Source of the DNA: Salisapilia sapeloensis CBS 127946
Lineage: Eukaryota; Protista; Oomycota
Assembly (NCBI GenBank): GCA_023334545.1
Contig: JAADVB010000026.1
Span: forward strand, 1-64,000
Direction of reading: 5' to 3'
DNA length: 64,000 nt
The notes under the pieces are model-generated. The model did not search any database. It was not told where the DNA came from and was given only the letters and a program-made list of their open reading frames with translations. Shown piece by piece: positions 1-11,659 of this stretch; within the stretch, counting starts at the first letter, position 1, and each line of letters opens with the position of its first letter. The translations under genes were made by a program, and so were the position numbers.

Positions 1-1757
1 GCTGCGGCTCCATTCGCCATCGGTAGGATAGACCAGTAAGCTGTATTTACACGAGTCTCGAGTCCAGCCTCGAGTGTGTCCATAATACATAGACGCAAAT
101 GAAGCGAACTCGTAACACCCACAATCGAAAATTAAGTGTGAAGTAGGAAATTTATTGTTTTGAGTTATTGATTCGATGAAAGCTTTTCAAATAGAATGAT
201 TGCTTTAGGTCAAGTAGATACATTATCATGCTTTCTTTATTTACTACATGGACAAAGATGTTTGATGAGATGGCAAAAGTATCTACGCAATTAAAGGAAG
301 ATAGTATCTTTGTTGAGACGCAGTGTTATAGTTAAATTTCGATATGATATTCAGCGTACGAGTTCTGTTGTTATCCATAGCTAGCCTGATGCTACATATA
401 ATTTGCTACGATTGAGAACAAGCATGCTTCCTGAGCCGACAGGGTTAAATCTAAAGAAATCTATTTACTTTGTTTTAAGTTTATACGTCAGCCTAGACGT
501 TAAAAATCGGGCATGTTGTCAACGTGTATTATAGATTCCTAGTCCCGCATGTTACCTACTACAAGTTCACTATAGACCTCTTAGATTGCTTCTGAGAAAT
601 CTAGAACGTTATCTGTACGTGGAACTCTACAAAGTAAAAGCAATGCTACAAATGTATAAACGTCATTCCACTCAGACTAGCTTTTTGCCTGCTGCGAGTG
701 TAGTAGTTGTTATCCTTTTTTTGCACCGTACCTGCAGAGACTACCTAGTTTCAACTGATATGCCTTAATGAAATTTATAGCTCGGTCAAGACGACAAAGG
801 CTCTTCACTGTCGGTCAATCCAGGTAGATCTTATCTAAAAATCGTAGTGAGAATGCTATGCGAAACAGAATAAATCAGGCGTGAATATCTATACTGCACA
901 AGCATGATTGCAGTCTCTTTTCATGCACGCTTAGCCTCCAAGATCGCTTGCATATCTTTAGCGATGCTCACGCTACACATACAACACAAAAGCCACCTAT
1001 CGCACTTGTGCTACGTGCACCATTTCTTTGAAATAATCTTTTGCACCTACGATGTCTCATATGCAAGCCAAGGAAAAGTTTGATTCTGCAAAGATGGGAG
1101 AGCTCAGCGTTTGGAAATGCGCCAACAACTGGACTGCCAAGGAAACAAGCTGTGCATGGCCTACGCTTGGTATGCGTTATGACTATAAATTTAGCTCTTT
1201 TTGCTTGATATCTCTCCAAACCATGGGCTTACCTGGATGTGACTAAGTCTAAGCAAAGCATTCGTCCACAATGCTATGGATAGCTACTTGTATCCACTAC
1301 TGTTGACGCAAATACTACAAGCCAACGACCAAAACACGTAAGCAGTGGGAAAGCGACTGCACGCTACTTCAATTAACTCTACTGCGTGGTTGTTCGGAGA
1401 CATTTCATTCATCAGAGCACTAGCGCAGATCAAACACCAAATAACAACTTCAAGCTAGTCATGCTAAACACTAGGTACACTAACAAGTATGCCGATTAAT
1501 AGACAGCACGAAACTTTATCATGAACTCGTTCGGCTGACTCGCCCATCACTATGGTAACCCAGCGTTTCCCTTTTTCGAACCTCCAAGTTGCCTTGAACT
1601 CCCTCAACTGCATACAATTTACTGCAACCACGTCCTTTTGTCCTGAAATAAAAGGCCGTCGTTCCTATCCATGGTCGATCGAGTCGCCATAGAAAAGACA
1701 AGTGATTTGTTTGGCGAGCGTTCCGGACAAACAATAGTCGAGTACTAGAGCAAAAGC

Positions 1758-2624
1758 ATGGAGCAGACGAGCGGTGCGACGAGTACGGAGAATGGGAGTC
1801 TAGCAGAATTCCCAAACGCTGATGCGATCACAGCCGTCCACATGGATGCGTTGGACTCGAATCACTTGGTCTCATCTGCGATAAAATCGGAATCCCCGAG
1901 TGACGACGGTCAGAGTAAAAAGCGCTTCGGCCCGAAGCAAGATCTCTTGCTCCTTCGACAAGTTAAAGCCGAATGCCCATTCTCATCCCCTTGGGGCACC
2001 ATGATGACAGCTTGGAACAAAATTGCTGATGATCTAAACGCGCTAGAAGACTTTGGCTTAGAAACGACTGGCAAAGCCTGTCAAAATCGCTTCCATGCGC
2101 TCATGTTCAAGCACCGTCAGCGCTATCAACCTCGAGAAGGCTACAATCCTCCTGCTCCACCATCGGAGAATGAAGCAGAAGAGTTGTCACAATACAATCT
2201 ACTGGAAGATTTGGAGAAAATGATGCGAGACGAGGAACGGAATAAGCCTGCGAGACCTTTGGAGAGCGAAAAGGAGGCGGATGGAAGTGGGAAGCGGACG
2301 AAACGAAGCGGACCTGACACGCCAGTGAAGCGACGGAAGCGAAGTGACCCGAATGAGGCACCAAAGTCAATCACAGGCATGATGCAGCGTCTCGTCGAGA
2401 TGCAGAACGAGAGTCTGTCTGTCTTTCGCGAGATGCTCCGAGCTTCTCAGCAGCAAGAGATTGATTTCCGACGACAAGAGTGTGAAGAGCGACGTCGGGA
2501 GCGACAGGAAGATCGAGAAGAGCGTGAACGAGCGAGGAGAGAAGAGCGTGAGGAGCGAGAACGGGACCGGAAAGCAGAGAATGAGCGCTTCCAATCGCTT
2601 TTGCAGGCAGTGCTGAAGCAGTAA
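1758..2624 (+). CDS. Myb/SANT-like (MADF-type) DNA-binding protein with C-terminal E/R-rich coiled coil
   Basis: Single 288-aa ORF. RFGPKQDLLLLRQV...PF...G.MM.AWNKIADDL...GKACQNRFHAL is a Myb-like helical motif; the tail is low-complexity (REEREERERD). Confidence 0.7.
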   Translation: MEQTSGATSTENGSLAEFPNADAITAVHMDALDSNHLVSSAIKSESPSDDGQSKKRFGPKQDLLLLRQVKAECPFSSPWGTMMTAWNKIADDLNALEDFGLETTGKACQNRFHALMFKHRQRYQPREGYNPPAPPSENEAEELSQYNLLEDLEKMMRDEERNKPARPLESEKEADGSGKRTKRSGPDTPVKRRKRSDPNEAPKSITGMMQRLVEMQNESLSVFREMLRASQQQEIDFRRQECEERRRERQEDREERERARREEREERERDRKAENERFQSLLQAVLKQ

Positions 2625-2648
2625 CTTTTTTCCTTTTAAAGCGAAACA

Positions 2649-5357
2649 TCACGTTGTTTGACTTGCACAGTACGCGACATCAATGACGTTGGAAGAAGTC
2701 GCAGACTCCCACACTTTACTCTTACTTGACGCATGCACTGGCACGTCATACTTGTAGTCGTAAAAGAGCTAGGAAAGACACACGTTAGATCAATTGGACG
2801 AAGTCAAATCGGACACTCGCACCTCTGAGTAGGCAGGAATCGAATGGAGAGCAAAGATCCCGATACGATAGTCTCCTTGGATGTTTAGGATCCGACACAC
2901 ACAGTTCGGTCGGTCCGAGTGGTTAATAAACTACATCATCACGTTAGGCTAAGACACTTGTAAAGGGATAGACACTGCATACTCGAGTCTTGTTGCCCTT
3001 ACGAGTAGAGTCGACGACTGTCTCCGAGTCCAGATTGAACAAGTAGCTTCGATCCAATCGCTCGTACGCTCCACCTCGTCGCTCTGCTTCTGCATGTGAC
3101 ACTAGCTCTCCTCTATATTCCAGCACGAACTCATCTTTCTCAATTGCTTCCATCGTATAGAGTCCCCATTGATCGCTCTGGAGAGTCGATCGAGCGACTC
3201 GCACACGTTTCGACAGACCTCTCGTGATCGATCGATGGAGACATGTTGCCGCATCTCCTTTCTGCGTCCGTCGGATCAACGCACAACAAGTTTTACAAAT
3301 GTCCGGATCACATTCTCTACCAGAAGCATAGCATGGACAGGCATTCGTTTGACAACGACCTCGTTGGCATTGACAACCATGAAAGAAAATGGGGCAAAAG
3401 GCATGGACGCAATGGCAATGCTTCGAGCACAAAACGCCATCCAGAATGCAAGAGCAGTTCTGATTGTCACATGGACCAAAGTGCGCACATCCTTTCGGTC
3501 TAGTCGGATCAATTAGTCATCATGTACCCAATGTACGTGTAAGAGGTATTACTTGGTTGCGAGTTGGTTGCTATGACTACTACCCTGACTTTCTATCGTA
3601 CAAGAAGATAAGTACGTGTATACTACTATGAATGTGTCCTCTACTGGCGTCCTGGACATGTATGCCTAGCTACAGTCCATAAGACGATCTAGAGATGTCT
3701 CTATCTGTCTCTCTTCATGACTGCTACGTCTATGAACCTCGAGACGGCAGCGTATCTGAGGACAAGTGGAAGGAAAGGAAACGTACTCGACATATGACGA
3801 ACGCCCGTCTTCCCATTCCGCTTCTTCCGTCGCCCTTTATGCATATGCGACCGTCGATCGCTATCGTCGCGTAAGGACTGCTGACTGATCTGATAGTACT
3901 CACAGAATTCAGCGACTTCTTCACACGTTTTATTGCCAAGGGCACGAGCGACATCACAAAAGCTACCGGACAAAATAAAGTAAAGACGAATACAAAGGAC
4001 TTTGCTCCGTCGACTCCACGTGACTTGGAAACGATCTGAAACAATACTTGTGTCTTCGTCACCTGGTCGACGTGTCCTACCGAAGATGCACTTATTGCCA
4101 CAATTACGACCCATGCTCATATTGACATTGTTGTTCATATCCTTGGTAGCCAGCATATTTTGCTGTGTGATAGCCTATCCATGTACATTGGTATCATGAT
4201 ATTAAAGTGGTAAGTAGATAACATACGAGCTCCGGGACGGCGGTGCATCCGTGGTAGTCACAGTCGTATACATAACACCTTCTACAGAGCAGAGCTGTGC
4301 AGATAAAGTTAGTAGCGAATAGGGCAATAAAAGATAGGATAAGTACATCGATAGGAGTCGAGGATAGCTTCATACTGTTCAAAGGAGTCACCCTTGTCTG
4401 ATAAAAGGTCTTCACTTCCGACGGACATGTCTTGGGACGGTATCTCCTCGACTGCTTGCGTTTTATTCTTGTTCCGTTTTGACAGAGCCGATTTGGTTTG
4501 TTCACGAACGTCTCGATGCACTGCAAACACGACTTCTTCATCGACTTGAATGGCCGATGCTGCCCGTCTCAAGTCTTCCGTGCTCAAGTCCCACGTGATG
4601 GACAGTTCCTTGAGTACTGCTGTGACGATCTGTTTCGTGAATTCGATCTCGGCTGCACTCGTACGTTGCTCTCTACGGCAAAAGTTACATTTGTGCTTTT
4701 AAAAGGACAGACGAGAAGGCATACTTAGCGTTATAATGCTCTGCGACGATGTCATCGACGCTCATCACATTGTTTTCGGACTGTGTTGGCTCATCTTCGA
4801 CCTCAAAACTCTTACTGAGTCCCGTCCACGACGTATAAGTCGGTTTGGGTGGGATGCAAGGCATGACATTGGGCTTCCGGACGACTGTCACGGGCTTTTG
4901 GTCCTTGGCAATAATCTGGTATTGGCATTGTATCATAGACTTTGAAGAGGATGGAAGTGGTTTCTCAGATGCTATTATACACATGAACACATTAGATCGC
5001 TTATAAACGCTTGTAATACATACTAAAGTACTCGTCATAGCGTGCATCGAGTCAAAGACCATGCTTAGATTCTGTCCAAGCGTCGTAAATGGAAGTATCC
5101 GTTCACTCCGGAGTTGCCGTAAATATGTAGCTGTTTGCACTCGATTGAATGCAATACGTTCCTACGCACAACGTCAGACATGTACCTTGTCATCGGACAT
5201 GATCAGCATCATGACTAGTAGCTAGTACATTCGCTCGTCGTTGAAACGCTCGGATGTATTCATTATGTGCCGTGATCGCATGAGACACCAATTGCTGCTG
5301 CATTAACCAATCCGCTTGCTCCTCCATCTCATCGTCCTTGTCCCCAAGCACAGTCAT
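2649..5357 (-). CDS. E(z): Enhancer-of-zeste family histone H3K27 methyltransferase (SANT, CXC, SET); multi-exon, 5' end unresolved
   Basis: Spliced reading gives DSYRSLLCRRCYVYDCDYHG, SANT (FCDVARALGNKTCEEVAEF), CXC (CSKHCHC...GCQCQRGRCQTNACPCYASGRECDPDICKTC) and SET (WGLY..EYRGE..SYLFNL..VDSTRKGNKTR|FINHSDRPNC..GDYRIGIFA..SE|LFYDYKY). Stop TGA at 2649-2651. Confidence 0.9.
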
Positions 5358-5459
5358 CGCACCTCGGATGTACTCGGCGCTTGGCGTGGGGATAGTGATG
5401 GTTCTATGTTATACAAGACATACGTTTTCCTAGATAAATACCACGACACCAACAAAAGG

Positions 5460-7530
5460 ATGGCGAACGGATTCGCGAGTCCGTCGGAGCGGACGATCGT
5501 CGAAAGTGTGCTGCATGCAGACTTTGGTGCCTTGGCAGCACAAGCAGCTAGCACCATCCTGCGCTCTGAAGGTCTGTCTGTAGTCGAGTTGGTCCAGAAA
5601 CTCCGAAAAAAGGCGCTGGGTGGACACCAACCAACTGTCCATGAGGTGAGCCAGTAATTTGGTCGACGACGTCCTGATAGATGGTCTGATATACGTGCAG
5701 GTGAAGAATGTGTTGCTTAAGCTACTTCAGCACAATATTCTTTCCGTGCATCCGGTAGCGTCTTCTCCCAATACGACTTCGCCACCTCTCATCTACAAGG
5801 TGTCCATCTCCTCTATTAATTATTCCATCGACTATTATATTGACAATCGAGGTGATATAGATCAATGTCCAGGAGACTATGCACCGCCTTCGATTTCCAA
5901 AGTTCCTACAACAAACGGAAAAAATATTTGGACAAGAGGTACATGTCTCGTGGTACTTCCACCACTAGAATACTCATCATACATGTAGGGAGAGATCGTG
6001 ATGGAAGAAGTGTTAGTACAAGGAAGAGTTCGATTGGACCAGTCACTTGATGCCATGGCTGAGAACTTGGCGGAGGCTCTAAAAGAGCAGAAAAAAGAAC
6101 CGGGTGACGATTCGGTCGAGGACGAAGAGATCAGTGAAGAGTTTTTAGAAGAATGCAAAGAACGCATTCATAATGCCTTTATTGAAATGGCCAAGCGTAG
6201 ATACATCCAACGTGTCTATCCGTTAGATTTGAAGGTCCCGGAGCCAGAGGCCAAGCCAGACATACCAGCAAGTCTCGGTGGCGGCTCGAAGCCATCCGAG
6301 TCGAATGGAAAAAAGTCCAGTGGCAACAAGTCAAACAAGAACGGTTCAAAGCAAACTCCGGATGCATCTCCGGAACAAAACGATGGGATTACGGTCAAAG
6401 CGAAGCAAAAGAGGCGACCGAAGACGACGCAGGACTCTAGTATCCCGGTCGAACTACAGCACATGCTAGAAGCAGATGAGAAAGATCGAGACGACGGAGA
6501 AGCTGAAGTTGACTTATCAGCATCCAATGCGCGTCCAACTAAGAAAAGAAAACTAGCTAAGAAAGCAAAACTACCTGGTCGTGGTGCAGACATCAAGTCT
6601 GCTACAAGCTCTCCGAATAGTGAAAGCACCGAGAGTGAAAGTGCCATGTCGTTGGACCAATCGTGTCTTGTCTGGCGCTGTGGCGTCGATCAGATCATGC
6701 GTGAATTACGGCGTGAAACGTGCGTGAAATTCGCTTCGGAGAATGTTAATGAAGTAGGCGGTGTCCTCATCCGTGCGATCTTGACCAAGTCCACGGCATT
6801 CGAGAAGGATGCAAGAGAACCGACGTCTTCCCCTGTAACCGCTCGAACACTGTTTGAGATGCAAGAAGTGAAAGACGCACTTCCACAAGGCAGTAAACGG
6901 AAGCCTTGGGATCTCTTGATCGGCTACTTGTCCCACATGTGTCTCGACAAGTCCGGTATGCTCGCCAAGGTTGCTGCGAATACGCACGACCCGGCACGCG
7001 CGAATGACGGTGGACAGTACGTTGTCCACATGGACAAGATCATCACGTTCGTGAAACGAGCGTCGACGCATGCGTATTTAGAAGACCGATTTGGCGTCGC
7101 GAGTGCACGCATTGTACGTGTCTTGCTGCAAAAGCGTCAGGTAGAGCAGCAGACAGTCGCGGAGTTAGCTCTACTGCCTGGACATGAAGCACGACGCCGA
7201 CTATACGAGCTGCACGCTGCGAAACTGATTAAACTGCAGGAAGTGCCGAAGCGTGCGGATCATAACCCGGCGCATACGTTCTACTACTGGTCACTAGATG
7301 AACCGGAGCTGGAGCTTCGGTTGCAAGAGCGACTGCTAGAGTCCGTAGCGAGACTGCGCGCGCGACGTCAGACAGAGGCAGAAGAGAATAAGGAGTTGAT
7401 CGCTCGATCCGATCAGCTTGTGGAGGAACTGGATTTGAAGAAATTTGATAGACTTAGTCGTGCACTTGACCGGATGGATCGCGCCGTCGTCCAGCTCGAT
7501 GCGATGCTCATGCTCTACCGAGAGTTCTGA
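5460..7530 (+). CDS. RPC3: RNA polymerase III subunit RPC3 (C82/POLR3C), 4 exons
   Basis: ATG at 5460; introns at about 5646-5700, 5800-5859 and 5939-5988. Motifs: N-terminal HADFGALAAQ..VKNVLLKLLQHNIL, HRLRFPKF, and C-terminal LYELHAAKLIKLQEVPKRADHNPAHTFYYW. Confidence 0.88.
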
Positions 7531-7632
7531 CGTAGTGTAGGATAAAGTCTGTCCGGAACATGCTTATTTTAGAGCACGTCGTAGCTAGTCGTTTCAATTT
7601 GTTTCGTTCTACCATCCGTCAGGCTAGAGACG

Positions 7633-8612
7633 ATGGACTACTACGAAGTGTTGGGATTACCACGTAGCGCAACAGAGCAAGAGATAAAGAAAGCGTACAA
7701 TTGTCTAGTGAACATAATGATCGTGTAGATATTTATCCTCGTTGGCATAGATATCGAAAGTTGGCATTGAAGTGGCATCCGGATCGTAATGCGGATAACA
7801 TAGCTGAAGCTCAGCACCATTTTCAAGAGATCGCAGAAGCCTATGATGTTTTAATTGATCCAGCGAAACGATCTGTCTTTGACCAGTACGGATATGAAGG
7901 CCTGAGGACTGGTGTGCCGGATGAAAATGGACACATGCGAGATGGATATGCTTTCAATGAACGTGCAGCTGAAGATGTCTTTACCTCGTTTTTTGGTACG
8001 AAGAATCCCTTCTACGACTTTGGATTTGGCGACACGCTTCCATTCGCGAGTTCACTCCGAAAGCAAGGTCCAGAGAAGCATGAGCCAATTGAAATCGACG
8101 TTCCGTGCTCTTTAGAAGACTTGTACTCTGGAACGACCAAGGCAGTAGATGTCAATCGAACGAGACTTCAAAACGATGAGATAGTAGAAGATCCTAAGAC
8201 ATTCCAGATCAAAGTCCGTGCTGGGTGGAAACATGGCACGAAAATTACTTTCGAAAGAGAAGGAAGTGAATCAAGAACGAACGAAGTGGGTGATGTCATC
8301 TTCCGCATCGTGTTGGAACCTCACACTTTATTCACAAGAGATGGCAATGATTTGATCTATCGAGCAAAGATCAAACTATGTGAAGCACTGACAGATTGCT
8401 CTGTCATGGTGCCGACATTAGATGGTAGACAGCTCGCCATCTCTTGCAACGACGTCATCAGTCCTCAGACAGTCAAGACTCTCACTGGCGAAGGCATGCC
8501 CATCAGCAACAAGCCAGGATACCACGGCGACCTCATTGTAAAGTTCCACCTGGTGTTCCCAAAGCACTTGACAAGTCTGCAGAAAGCAGCAGTCATGAAG
8601 ATCCTCGGATAA
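7633..8612 (+). CDS. DNAJB13: Type II J-protein, DNAJB13/radial-spoke RSP16-like, 2 exons
   Basis: MDYYEVLG..KKA|YRKLALKWHPD J-domain; FDQYGYEGLRTGVP and FFGTKNPF linker; DnaJ C-terminal domain with GWKHGTKITF and GEGMP; no zinc finger. Confidence 0.75.
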
Positions 8613-8726
8613 CAACTAGAAACAAAATTCTTTTTCCAATTGATTCTGTTCAAGTTACGTTCCAAAGCTACCAAGCTATTATCACGTTTGCAGGTCTACA
8701 ATGCACGTCCGAGTACCTGGCAACAT

Positions 8727-10737
8727 TTAGAGCAGTTCACTAGAACACAAAAATACATTAGTATAAATATAAATAAATGATAATTGAAGGGAACGTACTA
8801 TGCAGGTCCTCCGCCACCTTCCGGAACAGTCCAGTTGATGTACTCGCGCGGCATCTTGATGGAGCAGCACTTGCAGTGCACGCAGTTCTGTGCATTGATC
8901 ACGAGCTGAGGTTCGCCACCAGCCTCACTTCCATCCGTGTACTCGTACACCTTGGCCGGACAGAAGCGCTGTTCCGGACCAGCATACACCGGATACGACT
9001 CTTTCGCCGGTACATCCGACTTCTCCGGTCGTACGCGCAAGTGTGCTGGTTGATCATGATTGTGGTTCGTGCCACTACGCTGCAAATTCGACAGCAGATC
9101 AAATGTAATCTTTCCATCCGGCTTTGGGTACTCAATCGGTTTAAATTCGCTCGCAGGTTTCGTCTTGGCAGAGTCCGGAAGTGTATTCGGGACCGTCCAC
9201 GGCTCCTTTCCTTTCGAGATAAACGTGCTGAATCCAGAGTGGAGGAGACCAGGTGCTAGACCATAGTGGAAGGAAGCGTGAGAGTTTCGCACACGCTTGA
9301 GCTCTTCAATGACCCACGAGTTCTCCACTGCTGTCTCATAAGACGAAATGTCCGTCGGCTTTTCAGACGGGTCAATCTCCATCGAACTGCTGACGGGCTC
9401 CTTTTCGTCTGCTGTCAAGGCTTCATACGCAGCTTCAGCAGCCAACATGCCAGACTTCATGGCTGTGTGTGTGCCCTTGATCTTCACGCCGTTGAGGAAA
9501 CCAGCAGAGCAACCGATGAGACCGCCACCAGGGAACGTGAGCTTCGGAAGAGCATGATAGCCACCTTCATTCAAGCACCGAGCACCGTACGAGATGCACT
9601 CACCACCTTCCAAGAGCTCTTTGATCAGAGGATGCGTCTTGAAGCGCTGGAACTCTTCATAAGGGTTCAAGTACGGATTCTCATAGTCCAGACCGACGAC
9701 AAGTCCGATCTGGATCAAGTCTTCTTCCATATGGTAGAGGAACGACCCGCCAAACGTCTTGTCCATCAAGCCAGTCTGCAATGGCCAACCGAGAGAGTGC
9801 TGGACGTGGCCGGGCTTGTGCTTTTCCTTGGGAATACGCCACACTTCCTTCAGCCCGAGACCGTACGTCTGCGGCTGTGAATTCTCACGCAAGTTAAACT
9901 TTTCCATCACTTCCTCACTGCACGATCCACGGCATCCTTCGCCGAATAACGTCACGCGCGCTCGAAGCTCCATGCCTCGCGCAAAGTTGTGCTTCGGACG
10001 ACCTTCCTTGTCCAGACCGACGTCACGAGTGGCAATACCACGCACGCCCCCATCTTCATGGTAAAGGACTTCCGAGGCGGAGAAACCAGGGTAGATCTCG
10101 ACGCCTTCTTCTTCGGCCTGTTCGCCAAGCCAACGAGCGAATTTGCTCAGACTCATAATGTAGTTACCATCGTTATGTTGCTCTGGCGGAAGGAGGAAGT
10201 GAGGCCATTGCACGTGCTTGTTCTCGCTTAGTAGCATCAATGCGTCGTGCGTCACTGGCGTATCTAATGGTGCGCCACGTTCCTTCCAGTCCGGTAGAAG
10301 TTCATTCAAAGCTCGTGGCTCAAACACATTTCCTAGTTTCAAAATGAGACCATCTAGAGCATAAGAGGAAGATGTGGGATGTACATACCCGAGATGATGT
10401 GGGAACCGACTTCGGCTCCTTTTTCGACGACACAGACGGATAGATCCGTTCCTTTTTCATTTGAAAGTTGCTTGAGTCGAATCGCAGCCGATAGACTAGC
10501 AGGTCCAGCTCCCACCTATTTAGAGCCCAGGAGCGGTTACAAAGATGAGCTATGAGTGTATTCTAGCGAACGTACGAGCAGAACGTCGTAGTCCATGCCT
10601 TCCCGTGGCTCATTCAGCATCTCCTTCTCTTCATCCGTGAGTTGCGTGGAGAAGAAGCGAGATGCGCTCCGACGAGTGGCACCAGCGCGTACCAGCGCTG
10701 GCTTGGAGGAGGACAACGATAGCGTTCGACGTAGCAT
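8727..10737 (-). CDS. ETFDH: Electron transfer flavoprotein-ubiquinone oxidoreductase, mitochondrial
   Basis: Arg/Ser-rich presequence [12 protein letters not shown]; MDYDVLL FAD-binding start; GARCLNEGG; [18 protein letters not shown]; [15 protein letters not shown] 4Fe-4S motif. A final intron gives GGGPAYELL*. Confidence 0.95.
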
Positions 10738-11659
10738 CGCGAGCGTGAATAAAGATGTGGATTCCGACGGTGTGTACAAGGAGTTTCAAGACGGTATTTT
10801 TATGGGTCGAATTCACGGTATGAGTGTATAAACTGTATGTAATTAAGTGATATCGTTTGGCCAATCAAACGCGCGGTATTTTAACTTGAAGAGTGTATGT
10901 TGCGCTTCATGAGTTTATTGTATCCATGTATACATCTATCGATCAGTTCTAGGCTATGATAGATTGTCCTTTTCATTGTTATAGTATGCTCTTGAAGATG
11001 AGTAGGTAGGTTGCGTGTTGAGTGGATCGCACTGGTACAGTGGAGGAGATGCCCAACTCAGTTAAGTGATGACCTCAAGTTGGTAGAAACATGCGAAAGA
11101 CTGGTCTCTTCGGTAGCCTTCGTCTCATCCCTGGGAAGACTGGAGGCTTGTCATGGATCGAATGCATTTTGCTGATGTACGATTAAAAGCAGAGGTTCAT
11201 CCTAGAGCTTGTTTGGATGCATGCTTTCGTGGTAGTTTGAGCCACTTCATCAGATGCGATTGGAAGCAGAAACTTTGGTATGTGATAATCACCACGATTA
11301 CACAAGAAGTGAAGAAGAGCTTTGCATGATCGAGATGCATGCAAAGAGACGGTGATACTGCTAAAGCCGACGTTTAAATGGATTCTAGACAGCTCTTGAA
11401 GATACAACTTTAAGCACGAGACGAAACGAAGGAGCGTTGTAATGTATGCCTGTATATGAAAGGATCAGATGATCACTTCTTGCGTCGAACAGACTAGTCG
11501 TATTTTCATCTAATCCTTTCTCGCCTCGCATGGACATTTTCTGCAACTTGTAAATCAAGACGAGCAATGCAAAATGGGAAGAATGATGGCATACTGAACT
11601 CGATGGAACCGAAATGATACATGCGACCTTGCTCGCATATATCTACTAAAGTACAGTAA

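Noticed and set aside
901-927. 21/27-nt inverted similarity to 11336-11362
   Set aside because: Too short and it extends poorly; it could be chance or very old debris.
1-1750. Gene-free AT-rich stretch with short ORFs; possible minus-strand start (MANGAA) at position 20
   Set aside because: No recognisable domain or terminal repeats; any gene starting at 20 lies outside the window.
2485-2585. GAG/GAA-rich near-tandem repeats
   Set aside because: Explained by the E/R-rich coiled-coil coding sequence.
8855-8900. ETFDH cluster motif [10 protein letters not shown] instead of CVHCKTCDIK
   Set aside because: All ligand Cys residues are retained; most likely lineage variation.
8777-10231. Long plus-strand ORFs opposite ETFDH, and similar shadow ORFs opposite the golgin, MetRS, GFAT, HIBCH and PCCB genes
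   Set aside because: They are antisense shadows of well-conserved genes and show no recognisable motifs.
11050-11500. Faint resemblance to oomycete ankyrin-like repeats (AMD..., ACLDACFRGSL)
   Set aside because: Several stops and no complete repeat consensus.
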